Shown here piece after piece: positions 13,501 through 26,179 of a stretch of 64,000 nt of DNA (positions are counted from its first letter, which is position 1; each line of letters begins with the position of its first letter). The DNA lies in contig NC_092671.1 in NCBI RefSeq assembly GCF_964355755.1, positions 11,532,001 through 11,596,000 on the forward strand. Reading direction: 5' to 3'. Below the pieces are notes generated by a model. The model did not search any database. It was not told the DNA's origin and saw only the letters and a program-made list of their open reading frames with translations. Position numbers and translations under genes: made by a program. The stretch comes from Antedon mediterranea (lineage: Eukaryota > Animalia > Echinodermata).

Positions 13501-16500
13501 ACCTTAACTGTACTGTTAGTTTATATTATAACAATTGTGATTTGCAGTGTTCATATTTATTATTAAATGACTTGTATTGCTTTACAATATTTGTATCAAA
13601 TGACTTGTTTATGCTAATTGCTTTACAATATCCATGTCAAATAACTTGTATGCTAGTTGTTAGTAACTCATTCTTATTGTGTAAGTAAAGATGATGCACA
13701 GTTCACACTGAAAATAAAGATAAATTATAATGTATTGTAATGTAAATTATATTCCGAAAGATCATCAATGGTCTCATGTAACATGGTAATGCATTTGTTT
13801 ATAATCATTATATTTACCATATACTATATACATTTGAAAAGAAAAATATGGGAGGCAAAGAATATTCATAAAATTGTTTCAATGTTATGAGCACAGTATA
13901 TAATTCCTTAGTTATTGTTATTGTTCAGTTCTTTTATTTGGTACATGATATCGCAATATTTACAACAATATCATGTAAAGCTCTGTCTACACTATCAAAC
14001 TTTGTTACAAGAAAATGTGCTAATGCAGGGAATAATTTCGCCAGTGTAGCATAGCAAAAAGCTATACAAAACAACAATATTGCTACACATTTCTAAAATT
14101 GTGTAGCAAAAAATAAAATACAAAACTATGTTTCTTGACTCAAAAATCAGTTTGATTAGCAATTTTGCTAAACAAAATTACAAAATGAAATTTTTCCGTG
14201 TAATGTCATCATCATCACTACCATATTTGGGCATATCACTACTTGATATATTTAGGTCATTTTTTTTTATCCATTTTAACGTTCTTTCCTATTCTTAGGC
14301 TGGTAGTAATAAAAAACCATCAAGTAAAAACAAAAAGAAAGAAGAGGATGAGGAGAGTGTGAGCAGTAATCTTAAAGTGTTTGTAGTTCTAGCCATCTTA
14401 ATGATGCTGATGATGTTTGCTGTTCATTGTACGTGGGTTACTAGTAATGCATACTCTAGTCCTAGTATCGTGCTAGCATCATATAACAATGATGGGTAAG
14501 TATTGCTTGCTGTACATTCTATATGGGTACCTAGTATACAGACATTGCCTGCTTAGGCAACTCAGTCAATATACTGTAAAGTCCTCAACAATTTGCTGGA
14601 TTTTATGTTTTTAATGACAGGGACACCAAAATTAATCAAAAAATAGCTTGAGGATCTATAACAATTGCAATTCTCACAGCAGTAGTCATGTGATGCCATT
14701 TCAGCCAATCACATATTTACATCTGGCTAAAATTAATGCATATTCTATTCCTAGTATTGTTGTAGCATATAACAATGACAAAAGTAATATAAGAATGAAA
14801 TGTGAAAGTGATATCTTGCTGAAATGGTTAATTCCATTAATTGTTAATTAACAATAAGTATATTGTGTATGATCGCCCATAAAAAAATTGATTGCTAAGA
14901 TCCTATAAAGCTGTTGAAATGGTGATTGCTTGCTTGATAGCTTGATTTAGGTGTTACATTCTTTAGTTCAGATATCCAATGTAAATTAATGTATTGAATG
15001 TAATTTTGAAAGCTGAGAGTAGACCTTGAATAAAGAATCCAATGTTTTACATTAATATTTCCAATGATGATTCTATTTTTAATTTTTTTAAAATTTATTA
15101 AAAGGGTATTTAATATAATAATGTATAATGTTTTATTTGCAGATCAAGAAATATTCTTGATGACTTTCGAGAAGCTTACTATTGGCTGCGTCAAAACACG
15201 GACGATAATGCTCGCATTATGTCGTGGTGGGATTATGGCTATCAAATTGCTGGTATGGGCAACAAGACCACACTTGTGGACAACAATACATGGAATAATA
15301 GCCATATAGCTCTGGTAATTTTTTTACTTGCTGTATATGGAATGAAGATAATGATTAAATCGCCCTTTCAACACACTATTAAGGGGACATTGTTAAGAAG
15401 ATTAAAATGGTATACACATATAATAATGATGATACACCAATTAAACAAGCAATGAAGAAAACTGAAAAGAAAGTAAAAAGTCTACCAGGAAGACTTACAA
15501 AAAAATGGATATTAAAGCCAAATAAAAAAAGATTTAAAAGGAAAAAATGTAGACTTTAGCACAATAATAAACAATCTTACCCAAAACAAAAAAATATGGA
15601 AACAAATCATGGAAAGTATAATGCCTTAATGACGGAAACGTTTCAAGAGAGAGAGAGGTGTTAGGACCTTACAATGTGGCCTCTTAATAGAGGAGTCCCC
15701 TCAATAGTTACTGGCCATATAGTGTTAAAACATATATTATACCTCATTTATTTCACAAGAAAGTGTCTCCTGAATAGATTTTCTACTGATAGACAAATAC
15801 CTTAATATTAAATATTTAAATTCGACACTTCTTTTATTCAGGTCGGCAAAGCAATGTCCTCCACCGAATCCGATGCTTACACAATAATGCGCTCCCTCGA
15901 TGTCAATTATGTGCTAGTTATATTTGGTGGGGTTATTGGTTACTCTGGAGATGATATCAACAAATTTCTTTGGATGGTTCGAATTGCAGAGGGTGAACAT
16001 CCAAAAGATATAAAAGAATCTAACTACTTCACACCACAAGGAGAGTTCCGGGTGGACAAAGCTGGGTCTCCTACACTCCTCAATTGCCTTATGTACAAAC
16101 TATGCTATTATAGATTTGGAGACTTGCAGGTAAGTGTTCAAAAAGATGTATTGTCCCCTTGAAAAATAATTATTAATAATTTTTTTGTTGAATATGCCAA
16201 AAACAAATTTACTTACCTGAAAAAAATATAATTTAAAGCAAAAAAAGTCAAATTGGCTGCCAGCCAATGGATTTTTGGTTTATTTTAACCATTTATTTTG
16301 TTATTTTATAAGTAAAAACATTATTTTTTCGGTTTTAACTTGATTAAAACTACAAAATAACCTACATGTATTCAAAGTCTGACGTAATTAATCTTCATTT
16401 TTCATGTTTTTGGGGGACAATACATCTTTAATCATTTTGGAATTTTCAATTGGGTCAATACTTAAATTTTCTGGGTGCTTTTAGTAGTTTCTGCATTCAT

Positions 16501-17260
16501 CATCATCATCATTATCCATTTTCAACCCACTCCATAACTGTCATAATTTGTGCTATTCATTTAATTGGTATAACCTTGATGTGAATTTCTTTGGTAATTT
16601 TATCATGCTATGTCACTTTGCGTTTTCCTTGGTTCCAAGGCTTTATGCTTTGTTACCAAAAAATAAATATGTCTCTTTCTAAAAATGTTTATAAAATGCC
16701 TTAATATTAATGTAATATTCTTTAATAGCTTGATTTCCGGACACCAGCTGGCTATGATAGAACACGTAATGTAGAAATAGGCAACAAACATATCAGTCTA
16801 CATCATCTAGAGGAAGCCTTTACATCGGAGCACTGGCTAGTACGGATTTATCGAGTTCTTGAACCTGACAACCGTATCGCTGCCAAGTCTGCTAAGAAAT
16901 CAACCAAGTTAAAGACAACAAGCACAATAACCAAAAAGGTATGGGTTTTCTGATTGGTTAATTTTGTATCGTGTGTCGTTCACTATTAGTTTTAATGCAC
17001 AAAAGTAAAACATAAACGTTCTATTGGTTCTGTTTCATGGTTCTATTGTATGCTTATTTTTTTCTCTAATAATTTGAGATTTTTCTGCTTTATTTGTATA
17101 CTCAACATTTATTTCTGAATTAATTTTAATACTAGATGGTTACAGCATTTATCATTTTCTTTTTCAGACTTCAAAAAAGAAGAAAGGCAGCATTAAAAAT
17201 AAACCTGTTGTAAAAAGAGGGAAAAGAACACGTTCAAAAAAGAAGAGCACAAAAAAATGA
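4550..17260 (+). CDS. STT3B: Oligosaccharyltransferase catalytic subunit STT3 (STT3B-like), 17 exons, 798 aa
   Basis: Exons 4550-4758, 5327-5435, 7467-7576, 8389-8477, 9107-9195, 9543-9608, 10078-10177, 10583-10681, 11184-11330, 11507-11555, 12014-12168, 12865-13079, 14299-14495, 15143-15314, 15842-16129, 16729-16938, 17168-17260; total 2397 nt. Motifs IHEFDPWFN, SYDNEG, SVSEHQP, WWDYG, DNNT and DINKFLWM. The acidic loop and Lys-rich C-terminal tail favour STT3B over STT3A. Confidence 0.95.
6037..6200 (-). mobile_element. 3' tail of an L2-type SINE/LINE
   Basis: The reverse complement CAGCGCATTGAGAGCTTGCTTATATGCGCTATATAAGAA...(TAT)n matches the + strand copy at about 54040-54100. Confidence 0.65.
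7075..7248. mobile_element. Transib-like MITE (about 175 bp, 5-bp TSD)
   Basis: Termini CAGGGAA...TTCCCTG with ACCTA duplicated on both sides. Near-identical copy at 14026-14200; older inverted copy at about 46405-46561. Confidence 0.7.
7624..7781. mobile_element. Harbinger/Tourist-like MITE family B
   Basis: TIR (A/G)GCTCTGTCTACACTATCAAAC, TWA flanks, and internal CATATCACTACCATATTTGGG repeats; at least 7 copies in the window. Confidence 0.8.
10752..10970. repeat. About 100-bp imperfect tandem duplication in STT3B intron 8
   Basis: ACACTAAGTTT..GTTGTTTATTTTAATACCTGGATAAACCAACATTAG.CTATTTCTCAT occurs twice about 100 bp apart, and a third unit begins with CAAAATAG. Confidence 0.8.
12410..12670. 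repeat. Three degenerate 80-bp tandem units from the AGTGTCCCCT MITE family
   Basis: TAGTGTTAA.AT.TA.AT...GAAAGTGT.CCTTTAAT is repeated three times; related single units at about 9913-10020, 15650-15790, 18797-18935 and 29940-30070. Confidence 0.6.
13979..14245. mobile_element. Family-B MITE interrupted by a Transib-like MITE (14026-14200, TSD TAATG)
   Basis: Starts TAA-AGCTCTGTCTACACTATCAAAC. The insert CAGGGAA...TTCCGTG is flanked by TAATG on both sides, and the family-B internal repeat resumes after it. Confidence 0.8.
16144..16427. mobile_element. Kolobok-like MITE
   Basis: TIR AGATGTATTGTCCCC / GGGGACAATACATCT with TTAA on the right; inverted homologue of 44458-44791. Confidence 0.75.
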
Positions 17261-19299
17261 AAACTTTAGATTGAATAATAAACATATTAGTTGCTAAATC
17301 AATTGCTTAAATATTTTTTGGGTTTTGGGTACTCTGTGCATTAACACACATTTTTTTAATAGAATGGTTAAGAATTCATACCTCCCAATTTTTTCCAATG
17401 TTGGGTAGTTTTGGTAGAGGGTTGTGTTTATTTGAACCAGGTAACCATAACAATATTTGACACTTAATGTTGTATTTCCACCAGATTGTCTGTATTGTAA
17501 ATCCACATATGGCATTATGCAAATTCAGTAATACATTGTCACATATTACCACATATGGTGCCAGTATTATGTTAGGGTTTGATTAAAGTTATGGCCTATG
17601 ATTCAGACATCACATGATACACATGTGACACTGTATTGCCTATGACTCACGATACAGAGCCAAGATTGGCTGGTATATTCATACATATCAAACATTTTTC
17701 TTTTTTTTTTTGCTATTCTATTAATTTTCTTAACAAATTGCAAATTAAATTACTTAATCTTATAGCTATAACATCAATTAATAACTAAAATTAGTTTTTT
17801 ATTTGATCAAGTATGAAAGTGGACCAACAATTAAGATTGTTTATCCCAGAAGTAATTAAAACAATTCTGAAATATCAATCAATCAATCTTTTTATATTGA
17901 GAAATATAAAAGTTCTGTTAAAATTGTATGAGGATTATTGAAGACAAATATATTTTGATAAATTTATTCCAATTATGATACATAAACAATTAGGTGTTGT
18001 ACATTTTATTTTACTTTAGACAAGCGAATTTTTTTTATAAAATAAAATTTAAGAACTTAAAATTTAGATAATCTTGAAATAATTCAAACCTTGGGTTAGG
18101 TTAGCTTAATTGTTCGTTTTTTTGCCATTAGTTGTTTTTTAACAATTATATTAAAATTATATTAATATTTACTTGGAGTTACAGTTAAATCACTGTATTG
18201 GACAGTTTTTAGGGAAAACATGTCAGCTTTAATGTTGTTAATTAGTAGTATTTGATAATAATAAAAGAAGCATTAGAACAATAAATATGTGTCCGATAAA
18301 TGCAAAAATTGCCTTAAATTTACAAATTATTCACTGCCTTGGTTGCTATTTAGCCAATTCAACACACTGGGCTATAATCACTACATTGTATAAATTGTTT
18401 AGTTGTTCCTTCAGTATGTTATGTGATATGTAATTGTTTTAACTACAGAGAAAATGTCAAAGAATATTTTATATTACTGAATAATAATACCAGACCAAAT
18501 TAAACATGAGACACACATTATGAGTAAATGTTCAAATAACCAAGTTTAGGTTTAAGTTAGGTATATCAATTCCATATATACAACATTCTGTAGTATTTTT
18601 TACTTGTGCTAAAATGAATTTTCAACTTCTCTTATTTTAGTTGAATCATCATGTCATTTTAAACATATGTTTCTTTTCAAATGCTGAAAGTGACCAGCAG
18701 TAAGCAATGCTCAAACTTATTTTTATGATCTACAAATAATGGTGTTGTATCTTTCATACACACACAGTGTAAAATTGATAAATATTCTCAAATGCATACA
18801 GTAGAACTTCTGTTTATAGCCCGACAAATTGGCCCCTTAATGGGGTCTCCCCTGAATATGGGTTTGCCGTAGTGTTAAACCATGCATACCCCTCATTCAT
18901 TTCATTATGCCCCCGAATAGAGGAGAGGTTCTAGTTAAGTTATATAACTATTTTGTTTCTATAATTATATTCTTTGCTACTAGTAAGATACTGTAGAGTG
19001 CTGTTATATGTTTCTTCTCTTCTAGATCTGTTTTGTAGATTAAAACAAACTTGAATATAATGTTATTGTTATAATTGTGGTCATTGATGCACTCAACTCG
19101 ATTTCAAATGCCCACCAACATTTAGTTGAAATAAAAATTTAAAAAACAAGACAATTTTGTGATTTATTTTTTATGTTTTATTGAATATCAATTTGTTCAT
19201 AGCCAATTAGTAACTCTATCGGTAACCTGTCGTATAAAATATTAGTTACAAATATTATTTGTCACCGTATTGGTTGCAGTATTTCATTTCGATCAATTG

Positions 19300-19593
19300 A
19301 TCGAATCGATTGATTGAGTTTAGAAATTCTGACGTCATAACTCCATCATTCTATTATTACTATAGAGAGCGCTGTACATCTTTTTTGATAGAGCCACTAG
19401 TTTGATCGCCACGACGCACAGCTGGGGAAAAGCCAGCATACACACCAATCACACACACCAATCCACCCAACAGACAGCAGAGGAGGATGCAGTTTGGGAC
19501 CCTGGATTGATTGATTGATTGATTGATTGACTCTCTCAAGCCTAGCTAAGATATTTTTTTAGATAACAATTGAATCACAATTATTAAGACACC
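19300..19593 (+). promoter_or_regulatory. Putative SHMT2 promoter and 5' UTR
   Basis: Locally CpG-containing; perfect CRE TGACGTCA at about 19330, two CCAAT boxes (about 19445 and 19458) and a (GATT)n microsatellite at about 19505-19530, just upstream of the ATG. Confidence 0.45.
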
Positions 19594-22500
19594 ATGTCTT
19601 TCCCTTCATTACGATTACTACGCACGGTAGGTTTTATGTCTGTTTTAATTTATAGTTATTGATATTTGTGTGTTCCCAGGAGACCTCCCCATCATTGACA
19701 TGGTGGAATGTGGGAGCAAAAAGAAGGCCGTCACACTGTCAGACCACATATTTCTGTATCTGAATGTGTGTAACTAGGCCTAGGCCTACTACTAGTCATA
19801 CTTTCATATCTCTGTAGGCTTATATTTATAATGTCCACATCTGGAAATGATAAGATTTCACAACTTTCCAAAAATATGAGTCTCTCATACTAGCCTAGAT
19901 GCTTGCATGCAGTAGTAATATTAATATTTAAAAAAATTATTGATTGATATATAAATATTATTGATTAATTAATCAATTACCCAATAAAGACGTGTTTTAT
20001 TTAAGTATTATTTATTTTCCATTGGTATGTAGTCTTCTTGCCGAGGTATTCTTAATTCAGCTCTTCGTAGTTCTTCATCTGATACTTGGACTTTACAAGA
20101 ACCACTTACAGAAGATGATCCAGAAATTTCTGCATTAATAAAAGAGGAAAAGAAGAGGCAAGTGCGTGGACTGGAGCTTATTGCATCTGAGGTATTATAT
20201 TCATTTCTATCATTATTCATTTAAGCAATTTTATTCAAGATAAATTGATGGAATGCTCAGTTTTATATTTTGTTTTAAAATTCTAAACTTAATAGATAAA
20301 AAGGAGTTTCTAACAAAAACATTTAAATTTATTAGAAAAGATAATTTTAGACATTTATTATGATTCTAATTTCATTTATGTCATTCTTCAATTCTAGAAC
20401 TTTTGCAGTCGGGCAGCAATTGAAGCAATGGGATCATGTCTAACCAATAAATATTCAGAAGGTTATCCAGGTCAAAGGTTAGTACTGTACCTACCATGTC
20501 ATTCTGCCTAAAGATTATTTCCAGAGACCTCAATTTGAATTGCCTTTAATTTCATAAACTTTAGGCTCTGTCTACACTATCAAACTAGTTTAATAAAAAA
20601 AAATGTGATGTGCCCAAATATTGTAGTGATATGCCAAAATATGGTAATGATATGACATCATCATGTCCATATATGGGCACATCACATTTTTTTGTCACAT
20701 TATGTTTGATAGTGTAGACAGAGTTTTCCATTTTCCTCACACGTGATTAAATGTTTTATTTAGATACTATGGAGGTACGTATGTCATTGACAAGATAGAA
20801 TTACTATGTCAACAGAGAGCGTTGGATGCATTTGATTTGGACCCTGAGAAATGGGGAGTGAACGTGCAGCCATATTCTGGATCCCCTGCTAACTTTGCAG
20901 TCTATACTGGTCTATTAAAGCCTCATGAAAGAATAATGGGGTTAGACTTGCCCCATGGAGGACAGTAAGTGTTTTTTAATTTACATTCAATTTTGCCATT
21001 GAACAACTCATTCTTAAATTCTTAAATATACATTTTTTTAGAATACACATACAAAACACATTAAAAGGCCATCAATGCTATTTAATGATTGTGATCGTAA
21101 GATATATGTAAATTAATGTATTAGATTTTCTTCAGATTTATTGTGTGTGACTCTTTTGGTGGTAAGACTGTACACTGTAATAATGAATGCACGGTGTTCA
21201 GATAAACTAAGGTGTTTATTTTCTTCTTTTTAGTCTTACCCATGGCTTTATGACGGATACAAAACGAATATCTGCCACATCTATTTACTTTGAATCCATG
21301 CCATATAGACTTGATGTGAGTAAATATAAAGACAAAAATAAGAGGAAGAAAATTACTGACGCATGAATGGAATTACCATAATTCAAAATACTAATTTTCC
21401 TATTAAGGGTCACTGTTATATCATGGTTATGTTATGTTCTACTATGTGACTAACATGCATGTGATCCAATAATCCATGCAGAGTCATTCAAATGCTGTTG
21501 GTTATATTTGCATGACTAGACATTGCTTGGAGCAGCATTAAACTTAAGATATAATTATTAATAAGCATAGTACAAAATCATCACAATAAATATTAGCATA
21601 AATAAATATAGATTTATGTATATTAATATTAATGGTTTTAAACACATGTTGATTTTTTCCTTTAACCACATCCAACAGCCTACTAGATCCAACCAGTTAA
21701 ATTATCAATTTAACTTATGCCATACCTCTGCTTTTTAAACTATAACTAACTGTATATATGAGGTTTTGGTAGTGGCATTATTTTGGAAAATATGGATACT
21801 GTATTTTGATAGAGCGAGGAATTCAAGTCCAGCACTGATATTGGTTAGCTAACCCACCTTTAATCCCCTTGAAGCTAAGGTGCCAGAAATGATATTGTTT
21901 GTCATATCTCTTTCTTCACAGGAAACCACTGGATTAATTGACTATGACAAACTAGCAGAAACTGCCAATCTTTTCCGTCCAAAACTTATCATTGCTGGAT
22001 ACAGTGCGTATCCAAGGTTACTAGATTATGCTAGATTTAGGAAAGTAAGTACAAATGCTATTTTACAAGAGAAGATAACTGTCAACATTTAAACAAAATG
22101 GTGACTACACCTGTTACTGTACTGTACTACTTTAGCTAAATAAAATAATAGAGGTACTGTATTTCCAAAAGAACATGCATTATCTATATAATAAAAGAGA
22201 AGGCATTTGCTTGTTGCCATTGCACACATCCACACACAGGAGTATCAAAATGACTGGAATTGTACAGTGTACTGGGAAAGTTTAAAATACATTTCAAAAT
22301 TATCTTCCATCTTGAATCCAGAATGGCGTTCAAAAGTGAAAATAAACGTAAAAGTATGACATATTTTGATAATTGTACTTAGCCATATTTAGTCAATTAG
22401 CTCCTGTAAAATACTATACAGATACTATAATGTACACTTAAGCATATGCCATATGGGAGAAGTAGGCCATAAATATTGTAATTGTAATATACTATTAATG

Positions 22501-25441
22501 CACTGTACTACACTACTGTTGTGTTTATTATTGTTGTCTGTCAGATCTGTGATGACCAAAAAGCAATATTATTATCAGACATGGCTCATATCAGTGGGTT
22601 AGTAGCTGCTAAAGTTCTTCCTACTCCATTTGAACATTCTGATGTTGTGACGACTACAACACACAAGAGTTTACGAGGCACTAGGTAGGTATGGTCAGTC
22701 TGTTTAGAAAAGCTGTCTGTCTGTGATTATGGTTTAATGGGGCTATGTGTTACATAGTCCATATGGCATTTCATTCCAAGGCTACAGCTGCTCAGCAGAT
22801 TATGATGACTTAATATTAATAAAGGAAGTGAATTCCACAGAGAAGCAATACCAAAAAAAATAATTTGAATTGTTTGTATTCAAACTACATAAAATTATTT
22901 ATATACTATATTTATTTTTGTAAATTTAACATTTGAGTGAAGTAAGTAAGTGGTCAGAAGGGGGGGGGGGGGCGCTGCAACCATAGCCACAATGTTGGCC
23001 ACAATATCTCAACTAGTAGAGTTCTGGTTGTATGAGGACTTGAAGAAACTGGTGGTCAAGTGTACAACACATCTATATTGTGTGCAATTTAAAGAACCCA
23101 GTACATCTTTCAGAGGAGAGGGAGGGTATACTGGTCCTCCTCAGCCCTTGTTGGGACCTTTAGGGCAGACAAAGTTGTCATGTGTCCACTGCATATGAAT
23201 CTGTTGTGAACCAGTTTGAAAAGCGCTAACGTAAGCAATTATTAATTATGAAAACAGGGCTGGTATGATCTTCTACCGTAGAGGTGTTAAAGGAATTAGC
23301 AAGAAAACAGGAAAAGAATTAAAGTATGATTTTGAGGATAAGATCAACTTCGCTGTGTTCCCTTCATTACAAGGTGGTCCACATAACCCCAACATTGCTG
23401 GCGTCGCTGTTGCATTAAAACAGGTAAAGTTTATTATTAGTTGTCTCTCATAATTCTGACATTTTGACATATCATCTTGGAATACAAATGTGTTTATACA
23501 CAACATTTAGCTTTTTCGCTTAACTTTTTATATACTTTTTTTTCATTTCTTTTGTATAGGCCTCCAGTGAAAAGTTTGTTGACTATCAGAAGCAAGTCTT
23601 AAAGAATGCAAATGCCATGGCTGAGGAACTTATAGCATTAGGCTATACTCTTGTATCAGGTAAAAAATAAACATTAAATGGAAGTGATATGGGGTAAATG
23701 TAAGGGAATCGTACTATCATGTGAGAGGCATAGGTTGAGACCTGTCTGCCATATTGCTTGTATCCTTAGCCAAGATGCTATACAGCATTGTCCTTCGGCT
23801 AGGAGGTAAAGCCGCTGGTCCAATGTGCATGTGCACGATAAAAGAGGAACTTAATACACTATTTGAAAAGAGTAGGGGTCATCTCTCTCTTGTGCTTCTC
23901 ATGGTAGGTGCTGGAATAGAGTTTAATACACATTTTTTCTTGGCTGAGGGCAAATAAATAAATAAATACAGTTCCATTTACAGTAGTCCTTCACCGTCTA
24001 TACACACTGTACCTTGTAGTTCTAGAACCTGTTTAATCTGTCTAATCTGTGATCATTTCATTTTTAGGTGGTACTGAAAACCATCTTGCGCTGTTGGATC
24101 TACGACCTAAAGGAGTCGATGGTGCTAGAGCTGAAAAGGTCTTAGAGCTTGCTTCAATCACTGTCAACAAAAATACCTGCCCAGGTGATAAGAGTGCTCT
24201 GGTACCAGGTGGGCTAAGGCTTGGTAAGTTTACTGAAGCCTTTTTTGATGGCTATTCTCAGGAGGAGGTTTGTGTGTGTATCGGTTTTGTGAGTTGTATA
24301 CTACAGTCTTGTAGTGAAGAGGTCACCAAGCATAAAAAAGAAAGAAATAAATAAATATAAAATTTCTATACTCCTCTGTCCATTATGAGGCTGTAACATT
24401 ATTAACTGAAACTTATACACTTTTCTAAAAAAGTAAATATATAACATTCTAAAATTCTCCAAAATATTGTTTTTTAGGAGCACCAGCGCTTACTTCAAGG
24501 AATTTCAAAGACAATGATTTCCGAGAAGTTGCCAAATTTCTTGATCGTGGTTGCCAAATAACCATTGATGCAAAGGCACAAGCAGGTAGGCTTTTAATAA
24601 AATTATTAGATTTCTAATTTGAAATTGCAGACACAATAGAGGGAAATGGTGAACAGATGTCTACAATCGAGTTGGTTTCAAATCAGTTTGGTGCAATAAT
24701 TTCCCTATGCGTATACACAGCTTAATTTTTAAAGTATGTTGTTAATGTTAATAATTCCTGACATGTCTTGGCAGTTTCCATTTCCCTCTATTCGAGGCAA
24801 TGTTATTATGATAATGATCCTTTTTGTATTTCTTAAGCTCTGTCTACACTATCAAACCTTATGTGACAAAACAATGTGATGTGCCCATATATAAACACGA
24901 TGATGTCATATCACTACCATATTTGGCCACATTTCGCAAGTATTCTCCAATGTACTTAGTATAAAGTACAAATTACGTCAGAGTAGGGCAAAACATCTGA
25001 CCAATTACTCAACTCCCCGACGCAAAGCTACTCCACATTAGTTTAATACAATTACAACCGGCCTAATTTGATAGTGTAGACAGAGCCAATTAATATTTTA
25101 AATGAATGAATGAACTTGATTTAAAAAATTATATATTGTGTTATATATTATTTTATATTTTATTTTTTTGTTTTGAGGAGCCTATTCACCACAAGCTTTG
25201 CTTTCTTTTAGGCTCCTCCACTTTATATTTATATAGTTGTAAAGTGAAATAAATAAATGAAATGAAATGAAAAATGAAATATTTTAATACTTGACTTAAA
25301 ATTCTTTTAGGAAAAACTCTTGCTGAATTCATCAAATTTGTCCAGACTGATGAAAAAATAAAATCAAGAATATCGGAGCTGCGAAAAGAAGTAGAAGAAT
25401 ATGCCAGTACATTTCCAATGCCCGGATTTGATGATCATTAA
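19594..25441 (+). CDS. SHMT2: Serine hydroxymethyltransferase, mitochondrial, 12 exons, 492 aa
   Basis: Exons 19594-19626, 20033-20191, 20398-20477, 20764-20964, 21234-21315, 21922-22044, 22545-22684, 23258-23423, 23560-23659, 24068-24223, 24478-24585, 25311-25441; total 1479 nt. Arg/Ser/Leu-rich presequence [16 protein letters not shown], then [17 protein letters not shown], the PLP lysine motif [16 protein letters not shown], and C-terminus FPMPGFDDH typical of SHMT2. Confidence 0.95.
20564..20725. mobile_element. Family-B Harbinger-like MITE
   Basis: TTA-GGCTCTGTCTACACTATCAAAC ... GTTTGATAGTGTAGACAGAG. Confidence 0.8.
22985..23250 (+). mobile_element. Degenerate Deu/Nin-domain SINE in SHMT2 intron 7
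   Basis: Core AAACTGGTGGTCAAGTGTACA...TTAAAGAACCCAGTACATCTTTCAG resembles the core of the SINE at 40050-40332; it ends in an AAAGCGCT...ATTATTA tail. Other fragments at about 13140-13330 (-) and 59090-59240. Confidence 0.55.
23690..23970 (+). mobile_element. SINE with Deu/Nin-like core and (AAAT)n tail
   Basis: GTCCTTCGG..AGG.GGTAAAGCCG.TGGTCC...GAAAAGAGTAGGGGT matches the Deu/Nin consensus as recalled; it ends in AAATAAATAAATAAATA. Confidence 0.65.
24635..24792. mobile_element. Small MITE with GAG termini (Sola2-like)
   Basis: Inverted ends AATAGAGGGAAATGG ... CCATTTCCCTCTATT. Confidence 0.55.
24836..25087. mobile_element. Family-B MITE with about 130 bp of unrelated internal sequence
   Basis: Both TIRs present (AGCTCTGTCTACACTATCAAA / TTTGATAGTGTAGACAGAGCC); about 24930-25065 is absent from sibling copies. 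Confidence 0.7.
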
Positions 25442-25994
25442 TGAAACACTGATTCTATAGACGTGTTTTATTTTAGCAGGTTAAACAATTTTTCAACAAA
25501 CTGATCTCACCTTATTGTTTAAAGAAGATTGTGGGAATTTATTCATTATTTACCAATAATATGTAGAGTTTATATTAGTATTTACAGTGTATTATCCATA
25601 ATTGTACAGAAATTCCATTTTTGCTGTGACCAAACAAAATTACGAAATATAATTTTTTCCAAAACGAACAATAATGAGAAGTAATGTACACAAATTGAAA
25701 TAAACAACAATATTCAGTTGTGTCAAAAAAGAGTTCATTTTTATAATTTTGCATTAGTTACTGTACAGTATGTACTGTATAGTCATTTTCTCAATGACTT
25801 TCTGTTCTTTTCTGCAAAGCTGATTCTCAACAAAATCTTCTACAAAATATATAATACTATAGAAAAATATGGTACTATTATGCTCTTTTTGATGCTTTTA
25901 AAAGATAGTGCATTATAGATACTGGTATTTAATATTCTATCAACTTAGCAATAGTAATATTTTGTGTATGCCAGTTTTGAAATAATAAAAGCTT

Positions 25995-26086
25995 TATATT
26001 GAAAATATTCTTTTTTTCAAACCAATAATTAGTAAAAACTAATTAGTTTTTACTACTGGTTTGAAAAAAAGAATATTTTCAATATA
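25995..26086. repeat. Near-perfect 92-bp inverted repeat
   Basis: Arms TATATTGAAAATATTCTTTTTTTCAAACCA / TGGTTTGAAAAAAAGAATATTTTCAATATA surround a perfect 26-bp palindrome, TAGTAAAAACTAATTAGTTTTTACTA. Confidence 0.9.
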
Positions 26087-26179
26087 CTTATACTAACAAA
26101 CCAGATGAACATTTTCAATCATAATAAAAGCTTTAGTTATAGTTCTATTTTTTTATTATTTCTTTATGAAAGCATTAAG

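Noticed and set aside
19627-20191. Cytosolic SHMT2-alpha-like isoform from a second ATG in exon 2
   Set aside because: Exon 2 has no in-frame Met, and no convincing alternative first exon was seen in intron 1.
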